Source of the DNA: Antedon mediterranea
Taxonomy: Eukaryota; Animalia; Echinodermata
Length of the DNA: 64,000 nt
Direction of reading: 5' to 3'
Assembly: GCF_964355755.1 (NCBI RefSeq)
Contig: NC_092673.1
Location: 17,171,648 to 17,235,647 of the forward strand
A program made the translations under genes and the position numbers. The notes under the pieces were generated by a model. The model had not been told where the DNA came from and ran no database searches. It was given only the letters and a program-made list of their open reading frames with translations. The stretch's first letter is position 1. Each line of letters begins with the position of its first letter. This document shows positions 37,346 through 51,454 of the stretch, in pieces.

Positions 37346-40300
37346 AACTTATTTTATATTACTGTATATTTCAGTATGCTTTACCATACCCATAAAGGCC
37401 ATGTGCAGACAAAACATTTCTACCGCATTCCAATATAAATTATCAATCTATATTTTGATCTATGTTTCATTTTTTAAAATGTTGTTGGTGTTATGAGTTT
37501 TTATTTTTAAAAAAGCACTTTAATTAATAATTAGGAGGCATTCAAAAATGTATGAAAAAAATAATGTCATTAGATGACTATTATATAGGTAATTTAACTT
37601 GAATATACATTTTGTTGTGTTTTTATTAACTTCATATGTTTATTTTCAAGGTATATTACAAATTATCCACCATAAACTCACATAACTTTATTTGTGTTAT
37701 GGGCTTGTACTGTAAGTATCTAACTAATGAAAAATCAAGTCAGAGTGGTTTTCATGCCAAATTCTGTATTTAAGAAATTCATGTTTTTTTCATCACATTT
37801 ATCACATTAAGTTTGATAGTGTGGATAGAGCTTAACAAATGTAATTCCTTGCATCAGGTGATAACATATCAGCTTATTGTACGAATCTACTATCATGTGT
37901 TTATGAACCAATCTAGATACTAATATCTCCTCTCCTATTTTAATAACAGATAATGGATTGAGTGGACTCTTAATATAAAGCCAGTCATTAATTAATAAGT
38001 TAATTGCGAGCAACGTGGTGCTTTGAATAGGTCACTGAACTTTAACATCTATTGAATTGTTACAAAGGTTAGACTTAGACACCGCTCATTATGAATCCCA
38101 TAACTCACCCAATATCAGTTAGCTACCAAATTATGTTGCAGTGTACTTTTTATATAAAAAAAGGAAACTTGTTGCATTAGATTACAGTTTAGATTTCAGA
38201 GACTATTGTATTGAATGAAATGGTTGAAATGTGAATATAATTTATTATTTATAACTATTATTTCTTTTACTATGTTTACACATTGTTGACTTCCCTGTTT
38301 TTTTTCACTGGTTTTAACAAAACTAAAGTCATTTTAGGGTGTTATCAATAGGCAGGAACAATCACTTTCAATAATGTAGAGGGCAGTATACAAATTAAAT
38401 GAATACTGAAGAAATGTACTCAACAATTAATTTATGTTGAAGAAGAAGTATACAGTATTTCTTTTATGTAAAATATAACTAATTTAATATGTTTTTCTGA
38501 GGATTAATTGTAAAAGTATTTTTAGAAGATTAGAATTATTTGTGAATATTACTAAAATTGTATTTGTTTAGCACACTTTGCAGTACACAAATAAAGTAAC
38601 TGCTAGATTTAATATAATATTTTGATATTTTTTTCACAATCAACCTATTTTATTTATAAGTTTTATAATTAAGTTTTATAGTAAAATAGTATTAAACTTA
38701 TTTCATTACCTATAATAATGTTTCTCATCTCTTGTTTATTTCAATGGGTTGTCAATCAATCACAGGTAATGTTGAAAACAAATAATATAAAAAAAAAAAC
38801 AAGTTAAGACATCATCAAACAAAGTAAATGACATCATCAAAACTACTTACAAAGTAATGACAATCATCATCAAAACTGATATCAGTTGACTGGCGATCAA
38901 CATTTGTCACCATTTCCGTGTCATAAATCTCAGTTCCAATCTTCAGTAAACAGAAAACGGCATATCTATTGTGGTCTGAAATTAAGATAATAAATAATGT
39001 GATTTTAGGAGTTCATCCAAAAAAAAAGGATTTTTACGATCAGTTGAAAAACAGTTAAAGTCTATCAAACCTGATTAAAAAAAATGTTGACCCCTCCTTT
39101 GAAATCTGCATTGTTATTACACATCAACATTTGGTCTTGATATTTAAGCCAATTCCAAAATCTTCAGATGGGATTAGCATGGCATGGTAACTAAAAAAAA
39201 TCATGGACTCGGAAATGATATGGACCAAGGCAACTATTTTAACTATCTGTATACACCTGAGATCTTGGTACTAACACCATAAATATTAGGAGATAATAAT
39301 GATACACTTTTGCCTACAGCGACTCCAATATAATTTGACCTACACCAAATAGGAAGAAAATTCTGAAATGGAATTTCCATCCCCGGAAGACCTATTTAGT
39401 AATACTAGCCCTCAACATGTTTTTTTTCCTCCCACATGTTTTGATAATTTGAGAGCCAAATACCTTTTATAGTGCATAACAAGTGTCTCTTGAAAATGCA
39501 AATAGTTATGTACAGTAGTTATGTTGGTGGGTCACCCAGAGCAACAGGTACTGTACTACTATACCCCTTTCACACCAAAAACAAAACTCCAGAGACACTC
39601 CGGACACTGTGACAACATGTGGACATTTACCTGAAGTTGTACACCTCCTATTTTTTAATGACGTCATAGTTGCGCAACGTGACTTGCGCGCAATAAAACT
39701 GACTGACCAATCAAATAGTTCATAAATTACGTCATCATAGTTTGTGAAAAAATACGTACGCGTTGACAATTCTTGATTTTTTACAACGCGACGATGTTTG
39801 TTGTACTCTTTTAAAGTCTGATATTTCAAAATAACAAGTGTAAGTAAAACTAAATTTTAATATACAAACAATTTAATTTAATGTTTGTCTTTAGTGTAAA
39901 GCCTAGATTAAGATATCAGCGAAAACATGTCCTAGACCGGCCTTGGCTTTGCAAAACTTTACGTCCATGTGTCCCAGCAACGTCAAAAGAACCAAGAAAC
40001 CATTAAACCGGACTTTAGTCGTAGTTCGAACTTTGACTTCAAAAAGTGTTAGTTCGAGCTACAGGCTCTAGACCACTTGATTTCTATGCTACAATTTACC
40101 CAATAAATATAGGCATATTTTGAACTTTAAAGGTCACTTCTTTTTAAAATTGAAAAAATGGATTGACACAGTTATTGCGCATCAGTTTTTTGCACGCAGT
40201 ATTTTATTTATGCATTATGAAAAATGGAAAAAGTGGCTATACTAAATCTGATTAAAATTTCCTCAAATGACGCTAGAACGCGTTGCTTCCAGGGGCTTCG

Positions 40301-40594
40301 CCATCTGGACCCCCACCGGGGGCCCTTGGCGGCCCCTCCCTGACACCCAGCCTAGAGAGAGATTAACCAAATTATTAACCAAATAACTGATACGTTTTTC
40401 TGATACTCACAATTGCCTAGAGGGATGTTTTTGCTGTTTTTTTAGGGTGTAAAGTATAGCGGCCAAACTGAATGGCAGCCATTTGTTGTGTATTAATTAA
40501 AGAAAAGTCATAATTGCCGTTTGGGAAAATGAATCCACAAAACAATGTTTCCAGTTGTTGATCTTTCAATCAATTATTATGAACAAAATAATAA

Positions 40595-41232
40595 TCTTCA
40601 TTCAGTAACGCCAGCATACAAGTCATCTTCATTCAGTAACACCAGCATACAGGTCATCTTCATTCAGTAACGCCAGCATACAAGTCATCTTCATGCAGTA
40701 ACACCAGCATACAGGTCGTCTTCATTCAGTAACGCCAGCATACAGGTCATCTTCATGTAGTAACACCAGCATACAGGTCGTCTTCATTCAGTAACGCCAG
40801 CATACAGGTCATCTTCATTCAGTAACACCAGCATACAGGTCATTTTCATTCAGTAACGCCAGCATACGGGTCATCTTCATTCAGTAACACCAGCATACAG
40901 GAGTCATCTGTATACAGTAACACCAGCATACATCTCATCTTCATTCAGTAACACCAGCATTTATACAGGTCATCTTCATTCAGTAATATGCAGACATACA
41001 GGTCATCTTCATTCAGTAACGCCAGCATGCAGGTCATCTTCATTCAGTATCACCATACAGGTCATCTTCATGCAGACGTAACACCAGCATACAGGTCATC
41101 TTTCATTCAGTAACACCAGCATACATGTCATCTTCATTCAGTAACACCAGCATACAGGTCATCTTCATTCAGTAACACCAGCATACAGGAGTCATCTTCA
41201 TGGAGTAACACCAGCATACAGGTCATCTTTCA
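40595..41232. repeat. 31-bp minisatellite, ~20 copies
   Basis: Unit tcttcattcagtaacaccagcatacaggtca. The paralog is at 58454-58745 plus 60081-60121. Confidence 0.92.
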
Positions 41233-41370
41233 TTCATTTAATGCAAAGGTTTCTGTCTGATGGAATTATGTTTTACATTTCATATTTTCAGAAGAGAATG
41301 TGTAGGCTTACTTTTATACTAGAAGCTATCAGCATTAATAATTGTTAAATGAAGACACTGTATTTTTGCA

Positions 41371-41862
41371 ATGGAAAGGTACGTTTTTAACAATTATTTC
41401 AAAAAAAAATAACGAGCTCCAATATGTGTTGATATTATTGAAATATGTAACTATTAAAAATAAATTAAAATGTTTGAATAGTTATATTGACATACATATA
41501 TATAACATACTTTATAATCATAATTTATAGTTCAAACAAAAAGAAAACACTTTGATTTTAAGATATTCTTTTGAGAAAAATACTTCAAACTTTCTTAAAA
41601 GATTATAAAATCCAAAATTATTTCTTTCTTTCTTTAAAAATTATGAAATCATAAATATTACAATTAAAGGGCTTATTCTCATTAAGTATAATATTAATAA
41701 TATTTCCATCAATCATCATTCTCATTAAATACACGGGTATAAATGGATTATTTCTTACATTTTGACAGGAAACATTTGGTAGAAGCTTTGTCAAGGAATG
41801 ATTTGAAAACAATTAAACAAATCTGTAAGACGCAACCAGGTCTTCTGAAATCTATCGATAAG
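41371..41862 (+). pseudogene. Ankyrin gene copy 2: start exon and N-cap exon only, repeat exons missing
   Basis: Exons 41371-41378 (ATG GAA AG|gt) and 41769-41862 (KHLVEALSRNDLKTIKQICKTQPGLLKSIDK). The repeat-unit intron reappears at ~44577-44759 but breaks just before the acceptor AG. Confidence 0.8.
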
Positions 41863-42000
41863 GTATAAAAACAGATATATTTTTATAATATTATCAAAGA
41901 AGAAATTCTTTTCATTAAAGTTTAAAATTATAGAGGATGTAATTTTCTTTAATAGTTTAAAGCTTTTTTACTTAATGAATTACAATTCTTTTGCATTATC

Positions 42001-43137
42001 ACACTGATGATGGAAGCTTACCTCTATGTACTGATTAACCACATTAGGCTAAAAATAATAATATAAATACACACTGATGATGGAGGTATAACCTGCATGC
42101 ACTGATTCACCATATTAGGCTAAAAATAATAATATAAATAGACACTGATGATGGAGGTATAACCTGCATGCACTGATTAACCATATTAGGCTAAAAATAA
42201 TAATATAAATACACACTGATGATGGAGGTATAACCTGCATGCACTGATTAACCACATTAGGCTAAAAATAATAATATAAATACACACTGATGATGGAGGT
42301 ATAACCTGCATGTACTGATTAACAACATTAGGCTAAAAATAATAATATAAATACACACTGATGATGGAGGTATAACCTGCATGCACTGATTAACAATATT
42401 AGGCTAAAAATAATAATATAAATACACACTGATGATGGAGGTATAACCTGCATGTACTGATTAACCACATTAGGCTAAAAATAATAATATAAATACACAC
42501 TGATGATGGAGGTATAACCTGCATGCACTGATTAACAACATTAGGCTAAAAATAATAATATAAATACACACTGATGATGGAGGTATAACCTGCATGCACT
42601 GATTAACTACATTAGGCTAAAAATAATAATAATATAAATACACACTGATGATGGAGGTATAACCTGCATGCACTGATTAACCACATTAGGCTAAAAATAA
42701 TAATATAAATATACACTGATGATGGAGGTATAACCTGCATGCACTGATTAACCACATTAGGCTAAAAATAATAATATAAATACACACTGATGATGGAGTT
42801 ATAACCTGCATGCACTGATTAACCACATTAGGCTAAAAATAATAATATAAATACACACTGATGATGGGGGTATAACCTGCATGTACTGATTAACCACATT
42901 AGGCTAAAAATAATAATATAAATACACACTGATGATGGGGGTATAACCTGCATGTACTGATTAACCACATTAGGCTAAAAATAATAATATAAATACACAC
43001 TGATGATGGAGGTATAACCTGCATGTACTGATTAACCACATTAGGCTAAAAATAATAATATAAATACACACTGATGATGGGGGGTATAACCTGCATGCAC
43101 TGATTAACAACATTAGGCTAAAAATAATAATATAAAT
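42001..43137. repeat. 69-bp minisatellite, ~16.5 copies, in the intron after the N-cap exon
   Basis: Unit acactgatgatggaggtataacctgcatgcactgattaaccacattaggctaaaaataataatataaatac. Confidence 0.95.
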
Positions 43138-43267
43138 AAATCAAAGCTTAGCAATCTAAATGAAGCATACAAGACATGATTTTGTGAAAAATGTTACAAT
43201 TAGAGAAAAAGTAAAGACTTGATTACAATAAACCAAATGAAAAACTAAATAGTTAATATGATTTATG

Positions 43268-43556
43268 CAATAATAATAATATCCTGGATTTATATAGCGC
43301 CTAATGTTGTGAAACCTCTAAGTGCTGAACATTATTACCCCAGTCATTTTCCTGATCAAACACCTATGGAAACATACTCCCATAATGCAGCTAGTAATAA
43401 GCGCAAAGTTGTGTCTTGATCTAACCGGGTTCCCAATTATACACCTGGGTGGAGAGAGGCAAACGTAAGTAAAGTATCTTGCCTAAGGATACAAGCAATG
43501 CGGCGAGAGTTGGATTCGAAACTCGATCTCACGATCAGCAGTCCAACGTCCTTACA
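43268..43556 (-). mobile_element. tRNA-derived SINE
   Basis: On the minus strand: a tRNA-like head (reverse complement of ggattcgaaactc), the central cttgcctaaggatacaa and cacctgggtggagagagg segments, and an L2-like tail GCGCTATATAAAT..(TAT)n. Confidence 0.6.
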
Positions 43557-44760
43557 ATGTTGTTAACATTTTTATGACCTTAAAACAAATATAAATTGCT
43601 CATTATTACTGTATGTACTTTAAGATAACGATTGACAATGGTCTAATTAATTATAAATAGGAAATAAAATGGGACATGCTACATTGACTATTAATAAAAT
43701 AACAAATTAAAAAATGTTTATGTTAAAAATAGAATCTGATTTCAATAAAAAAGGATTATTAATTGTTAATAACCTGCTCCCGCCCTTTACTTACTTAACA
43801 ATAAAATACTTCTGTCAGTCTTATCACATACATTATGAATATGGCCTTAAAGAGATCCTTTTCCAAACAAACATTTTGCACAAAAGGAAGAGAAATGTAA
43901 ATAATGTTTAGTTTAGTAAAAATGTTTGAGCAATGCAATTTCAAAAAGAAATTTAATATGAAATTATTCTTTTCAAGCAGTGCCGTATCTTATCTTATGA
44001 CTTTCTGGAAAAAATTATTCTATTAAAGTTGCCAGTTAAAATTTGATATACTGGTAATTAAGTGCCCACAGATGGTTCTCGAATACTTCGGTAAATAACT
44101 GAATATTGTCTAAGTCGCACTGTACACAAAGCAAATAAATACAGATATGTAGTCAAATATAATTGTCATCCTGAGAATTACCTTAATTTTGTTTATTGCA
44201 TGGTATTGTTCACCAAATTCCTGTTTTGGTACATTTGATGATGGGATGGTATCAAATGATCTTCATCGAGGCAAACGATAAATTTGTTTTGATCGTCAAT
44301 ATAGTACACTGGTTTTCAGTAGGTGTTAAAAATTAGTACTGAAAGTATTTACCCACTTTCTCTACCATTGGGTAAAAATTCTAGAAGTTGAACTTAATTT
44401 ACAGAAATTTCCCATTACGTAAATTTATATATAAATTCATTAAACTGCTTATAGGCCTCATATTTTTAATATCTGAACATTTGTTTGTACAATTTTATGA
44501 AATATTTATTTTATAACGTTCAAATTTTGTGATTGCCATTGTACAGTAATTAGATTTTGATGATTACTTACATTAAGTAATAGGCTAACAATCACTAGAT
44601 CTGATCCATGGTAATATATTATATTTTGTTTTAATTTATCAATAATGATAATTAGGATTTTATCACATTATTTAGCAGTAATTGTTGTTGTTTGTATTAA
44701 CAAAAAAAAAACCAATTTCACATAATGTCTGTTGTCAGTATTTATAAACTTCATGATTAC

Positions 44761-44979
44761 TTCATTGTTAGTTGTGACCTTGACCTATGACCTTTCCCCC
44801 TCAAATTCGAACTCGTCCGAGCTTTTTGGGCATAGATCATTGTGTCCAAATTTGGTTAGAATCGGATAAAAACTGTGGCCTCCAGGCTGTTCACAGACAC
44901 ACACACAAACACACAAACACACAAACACACACACAAACATACAGGGGTGAAAACATAACCTCCTTGGCGGAGGTAATAA
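44761..44979 (+). mobile_element. 3' part of a Helentron/DINE-like non-autonomous element
   Basis: tgaccttgacctatgacct, then a CA-rich microsatellite, then the terminal hairpin ACCTCCTTGGCGGAGGT-aat. Confidence 0.7.
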
Positions 44980-45051
44980 CATGACAATACAACAATACCA
45001 ATATTAAAAACTCACAACAAGAACATATTATTACATATTATTTCATGGTGC

Positions 45052-46494
45052 TCATCTGGATGAATGTCGCTGATGTCTCCTGATACCTGTGGGCAGAAAG
45101 GAGAAAAGATATCGGTTTGTGTCAGCAGCCGCGGATCGCAATCTTCCACTACAAGCACTCCTGAGACTGCCTAAATCGGAATTCACAGGATGACTTTCAT
45201 CCCTCAACACCATCCCAAAAAGCCTGTCCAGGTTCTCGCAATAAACTGAATCCACCGACTGCTGACACAAACCAGACATCCTCTCAACCCTTCTTACCAC
45301 ACAATCAATTCTACCCTTATCTCCCTCTGTAACATTTCCACCCCACCCTGCAATACAATATTTCCAAACCCCAACAATAATAGACTGATAGAATGTAATC
45401 AAAATATTATTATTTACACTGAACTTGTTTAGTTGTCTTAAACAGTACATTCTAGTATTTACTTTCTTAATAACGAGATCCAAGTGGTTACTCCACGTCA
45501 ATTTATTGTTAAATACAACCCCGAGATATTTATATGTTTCCACCCTCTGAATTTGTCTACCCATTATGTCAACTAGATCACATTTATTCGTTTTCTTTCT
45601 AAAATCTATAATCATTTCCTTTGTTTTTTCAACATTCAATTTTAAAAAGTTATCATTACTATATTTTACAAAATTATTAATCTCATTTAAATATGAAGTG
45701 CAATCGTCCTTCTGAATCAAGCCAATCATCGCCGTATCGTCAGCAAATCGTACAACTGGGCAAGAATCATATTTAGATCTATAATCACTTGTATACAAGG
45801 TAAACAAAAAAGGGGCTAATACAGTGCCTTGTGGCGCACCTGTATTGGAAACACTAACATCAGAACATACTGTTGGGCTAAGCTTCACATACTGCTTTCT
45901 GTTTGTTAGAAAATTCAGAATAAAAAGAATCAAATTAAGGGGAATGGCCATCTTACACAGCTTATCTACTAGTAAATGGGGTTGAATGGTGTTAAACGCA
46001 GAGGAGAAGTCGTAATACATAACACGGGCTGAATTTCCAACCTTTGTTTTATCTAAATGACGATACAGCCTTTCAAGTTTAACGACAATCGCATCTTCTG
46101 TGCTCCGAGCACTTCTGTATGCAAATTGCATGGGATCAGTATGCGTAGTGACTATTGGTTTTAAGCATTTTAAAACAATTTTCTCACATATTTTACCTAC
46201 AACTGATGTTAAGGCAACTGGCCTGAGATCATTCATATACTTAATAACACGGCTTTTTGGAATAGGAACAATAGATGATTGTTTCCATGTTTCTGGAAGT
46301 GAACTAGTTGTGAAACACAAATTAAAAATAATTGAGAAAATATACAATAACTGCATTGCACATGATTTTAAAATATTTGGTTTAAGTTTATCGGGCCTGG
46401 GAGCTTTCTTAGCATTCAAATTTCTAAAATACTTATATACTTCACCCTCATTTGTATCAATTTTTATGTCATTTATATTTGATTCAAGCTTCAT
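45052..46494 (-). mobile_element. 5'-truncated non-LTR retrotransposon RT ORF (Rex1/Babar-like), 480 aa
   Basis: RPVALTS, QFAYR, DFSSAFNTIQPH, GAPQGTVLAPFLFTLYTSD, FADD and YKYLG motifs. No endonuclease domain is present. Confidence 0.9.
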
Positions 46495-47009
46495 CAGCCC
46501 CTGTTTCTCCCCCCCCCCCCTGACAAGACCCCCTTGTTACGCGGCTGCCCTTATCAATACACCAAGCCATCCATCTCGTTGGTCGAATCAGGTTTTACTT
46601 TGTATATGAATGGAGAAAAAATATATTATACGTAAGCTTTTTAACCACCCAATCAGAAGTGAGTTGACGTCGTTTCTATACTTGTGTCACCACATAACAA
46701 ACAGGCCTTCCTGAGGTTTCCCTGATCTCACAACATGCATTCAAACACCGTGTTGTCGTCTTTCATTTAAAAAAAACACAGTGTGGTGGTCTTTTGTTTT
46801 CATGATGCATCGAAACGACGAATAACTACAATGCATAGTTTGACTACTGAAACTACTTAAACTACTGAACTTTTCTATTTAATACTGAAATTTATTTTAA
46901 CAATTTGAGAACTTGCAATGCACATAGAGTATGATCATGGACCTATCTCATTTATAGGTCCATGGTATGATAAAGAAATTGGTACACTATTTAAAAAGTG
47001 TAATAAGGG

Positions 47010-47488
47010 ATCATCTCACAGTGTGTTGATTGACTTGGTACTGTAGATCATGCACTGTGGCTGCTGTGTACAATCTCACAGTGTGTTGATTGACTTGGTA
47101 CTGTACACCATGCACTGTGGCTGCTGCGTACAATCTCACAGTGTGTTGATTGACTTGGTACTGTACACCATGCACTGTGGCTGCTGTGTACAATCTCACA
47201 GTGTGTTGATTGACTTGGTACTGTACACCATGCACTGTGGCTGCTGTGTACCATCTCACAGTGTGCTGATTGACTTGGTACTGTACACCATGCACTGTGG
47301 CTGCCGTGCACAATCTCACAGTGTGTTGATTGACTTGGTACTGTACACCATGCACTGTGGCTGCTGTGTACAATCTCACAGTGTGTTGATTGACTTGGTA
47401 CTGTACACCATGCACTGTGGCTGCTGTGTACCATCTCACAGTGTGTTGATTGACTTGGTACTGTGCACCATGCACTGTGGCTGCTGTG
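47010..47488. repeat. 60-bp minisatellite, ~8 copies
   Basis: Same unit as 16852-18408. Confidence 0.95.
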
Positions 47489-50400
47489 AGTACAGTACAT
47501 GCCATATCTGAATTTCCTCAACTCAGAGGATGAATGCCTGGCCACTATACATTTATGATACAGTTTTGTCACAATTGTGTGCATTAACTATTATTATGTT
47601 ATCAGATTTGTGATTTGTGATATGCATTATTTGTACTGACAAGTATCTGTCATCTATTATCAGATATCAATTGTCTGGTAAAATTGTCAACTAGATGTTG
47701 TCTTATGATTACCTCATCCTTTGGAAGGAACATAAAGTTGTGAACAACCTAAATACACATTTTATTTGTCAAGTAGGATAATAGTAGGTGCTGTACTATG
47801 GCTACTGTAAATCTGAATTCAGTTTCCAGTTACACCATCAAAAATACTTTTTATTTTTTGTTTTATTGACATTAATTTATTGTGACTTAAAAGTTTAATT
47901 TGTTTAAAAGAATATTAGTATTTCTAATCTAGAGTATACTACAAAGGATTGTGTTGTTGTTTTGTGTGTTAGATTGTACACATAAGGCATGTGCATTGTT
48001 AGGTTGTACACATAAGGCATGTGTATTGTTACATCACAAAATAAAACTGATAGGAAATTTAATTTCATTATGCAATTATTTTATCTTAATTCAGGGGCAG
48101 ATTTGGGGGGGGGGGGGCTGGCCCCAGCTCCCTTTTGTAATATATATATAGACATATATATTATGCACCCATTTACATGCGATTTTACAGGAAAAGAGGG
48201 TACAAATCAACAATAAAAATTGTTAAAATCTTCAATTTTTTTTAAGTTGAACCGAGTTTAACTTCAACGTTACGATCGGTAAAACTGACTGACCAATCAA
48301 ATAGTTCATAAATTACGTCATCATAGTTTGTGAAAAAATATGTACGTGTTGACGATTATTTTCCCATATCGGCCCCCTCTTTATCAAAATCCTAGATCCG
48401 CCCCTGTAATTAGTCAGTAAAACATATTTTCGTGGCTTAGACTTAGAGCACTCTTTATACTAATGGAGATTTGGATGTATAAGTTTCATCCGATTAACAA
48501 ATGGTAACATGCATTGACAGTTGACAAACATTTTGTGGTTTTAATAAATAAAATAATTAATTATATAATATAGGGTAAATTACACAGAAAAAAGTAATGT
48601 GATGATGTGCGTTTGCCTAGCCTTTGTTTAAGGTGCACTTTCACCTTGGCTGGAAAACCCCAGGGCAATTTACAGTCATTTTTGTCTTTTCAGGTTTAGA
48701 CATGCAAGTGATTATTAATTTCCAATAGACCATATCATAAAAACCTATCAAAAACTGCGTTTGTGTGTTTGTTCTCTGTTGATATAAAATCTTTTATTTT
48801 CCATTGAATAGGTTGACATGCAAGACTGATTTAGGAAGTCAGGTGATGCACAGAACGCGGCAAAGAGGGTATTGGCACTTTGCATAACAATAAACACCTT
48901 ATAGGCTGGTAGCGTACAATCCCATTGCTGGACCAGTGAATGGAGGATTCTTTTCCAGACAAATGATGTAATTTTATGGTTAACATTATTTATGAATTCA
49001 TTAGTGTGATGTGAGTTATATATTTTTTAAATTTCATTATAGTAATTTGACTTCTAAGCTAGTAGAGCTTGTTGTATGAAGGTTTAAACAGTCTGGTTTA
49101 AAGCTAGTCCGTAATAATACAACACAATGGTTCATACAACAAACAGTAGCCAAAACATATTTTGGTTTATAATCCAACAGATATGTTGTGTGAGAATAAA
49201 TGCTGTTTTAAATGTCTTATTAATTCTTTTTAATTGTCGTTTGCTGTCTTTAAATTAGCTTTTGATTGCCATGTTGATACTGAGACTATCTTACCTACTG
49301 TAACAAACAATATTATTTATGTAATAGAATCAGGGACATTTCGGATCAGTCATAGAGGAAACAATTAAATAGTTTTTTCCTCCATAGACCAAGATCCCAC
49401 AATTAGGATATAAATGGTTGGTAGTTTGCAATAATTATACAATTTTAAAAGAATGATTTTTTAAACTGAATAATCAACTATTTTATTATATGGTTTACAA
49501 TTTTTATAAAAATTTTGATTTTCTCTTTGTGAAAAAAATTGGTCATACATAATTGCAGTGTAAGGCAATAATTGTCCTTTTTAAGTGCTTATAACATCAT
49601 GTAATTGTGCGTTATTTTTTTATGCTTACTATGGAATGACATATAATGCCTGCGTGTTAATAATTATCCGCGGATAACTCCTTGTGATTGTATTGGATAA
49701 TTTTTTTTTTTTTTTTATACGTTCTTCTTTTTTTCTTGCTATTTTTGTGCATCGCGTTTCTCTAAAATGTGTAAGCATAACATTTCATAACTTTGACAAC
49801 ATGTGGACATTTACCTGTGCACCTCCTATTTTTGAATGACGTCATAGTTGCGCAACGTGACTTGTGCGCAATTTTATGAATTTCAATGATTGATCATAGA
49901 TTAAAAACCGAAAGTCATTTAGTATTGGCACTTTGACAAAATTTAAGTCATATCAAGGGCAAACTTTCTAAGGATTAAAAATGGCATGTTTCAGAAGAAG
50001 TTACGCGCGCACGCGCATTTAAAATTTCAAAATGCGCAAAATGAATTTCTAATCAACTTTTTACACGCTTCTTGTCATTTTGAGCATGTCAAAAATTCCC
50101 ACGGGCGCGCGCGGAGCGTTAAAAACATATTTTTTTCTCTTGAATTATATTTTCAAGCCTTTCCTAGTAATTTTGGAAACAATTTAGACCTTTTGCACTT
50201 AAAATAACACCATACGAACACGTTAAATTAGATTAAATTATCGGATCATGCATCAATAAGGCTAAACAAACATTGTGATGTCATCGTATTGAAAACGCAC
50301 ACAGAACGGGTAGGCCTAAAACCGGATCGCAAACAACAGTTCCCAGACACATAATAGCGAAATTTCTATACAGACCGCAAAGGTTCTCTATCCTATCAAA

Positions 50401-51454
50401 GGCTAAAAAAATAAAGAAAAAAAGCTTTTATGTCATGGAAGACCTACCCCTATCTGATGTGGAAAAAAAACATCAACTAAAGGATGTAATGTCGAAGGCA
50501 TATCTAGCAGGCAAGCACCCGTCTTTTCGTAACGGCACATTGTATATAGATGGAATGCCTTATCGTGAATAGTCCTAATGACGCAATCAGAATGTAACTT
50601 GAATAGCTATTCAAGTATTTATAGCACATTGACACGTAGGCCTATTTTATATAATCGTATATTCTACCTTTAGAAGGCCTAGTAGACGTGTGCATTGCGT
50701 TTTTTATGTACATATACGAGAACCATTATGTTATGTTGGACCATCATGGACCTGATTATTTGGCGGAGCAAAGAAGCAAAGAAATTGACTATTTATTTAT
50801 AATACTTACTTTGTAATGAACTTGCATATATGTATTCATATTTTTATTAATTATGTATGTATATTTATTTATTTATGTTTTATTTATTTTACTTTTTGCG
50901 TCATGTACATTATATATAATATTAATTGTTCAACTGTATAATGATTGATAGTGTAACTTCGAATCTACCTAACTTTAATCCGTTAACTCACAACCTTGAT
51001 AATTTTGATGAGCAGTCAGCAGATTTAATCGATCAATTAAACTCGAGATCAACTACTCTTGATAACTGTTCATATTATGATTGTGACAAGTTTAATTCAA
51101 CCTTCACAAATGATTCCAATACTAGCCTTTCCCTTTTTCATCTGAACATTAGAAGTATTAAAACTAAAGTAGACCCACTCATACGTCTGTTAGACAATTT
51201 AAGCATTGATTTCTCAATAGTAGGTCTCTCAGAGACATGGCTACATGATAACTCGCCAACTCCCTCCTTACATAACTATACTATTTTCTCTAAAAATAGG
51301 TCAACTAGAATTGGTGGTGGTGTTGCTTTATTTGTTCATAATGATATAAATGTTAAAATCAGACATGACAATGACATCTTGCTTCCTCTGCCTTATGAAT
51401 CTCTATTCATTGAGCTTAGTAACCATAACAAAAAATCTACTGTTGTCGGTATAA

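Larger units (their letters stand above)
13765..44760 (+). repeat. Segmental duplication, copy A (paralogous to ~46548-61375 and onward)
   Basis: Collinear blocks: 13765-14080~46548-46805; 15317-15513~46806-47005; 16846-18551~47003-47640; 33964-36945~47641-49872; 40107-43137~57965-61374. Confidence 0.9.

Noticed and set aside
41342-41530. 62-aa ORFs at 41342 and 60230
   Set aside because: They overlap the start exon in another frame and run into AT-rich intron, with no protein-like signal.
45052-46494. RT near variable repeats as a possible diversity-generating retroelement
   Set aside because: The RT is an ordinary truncated LINE. Array variation is not adenine-specific and there is no template/variable repeat pair.
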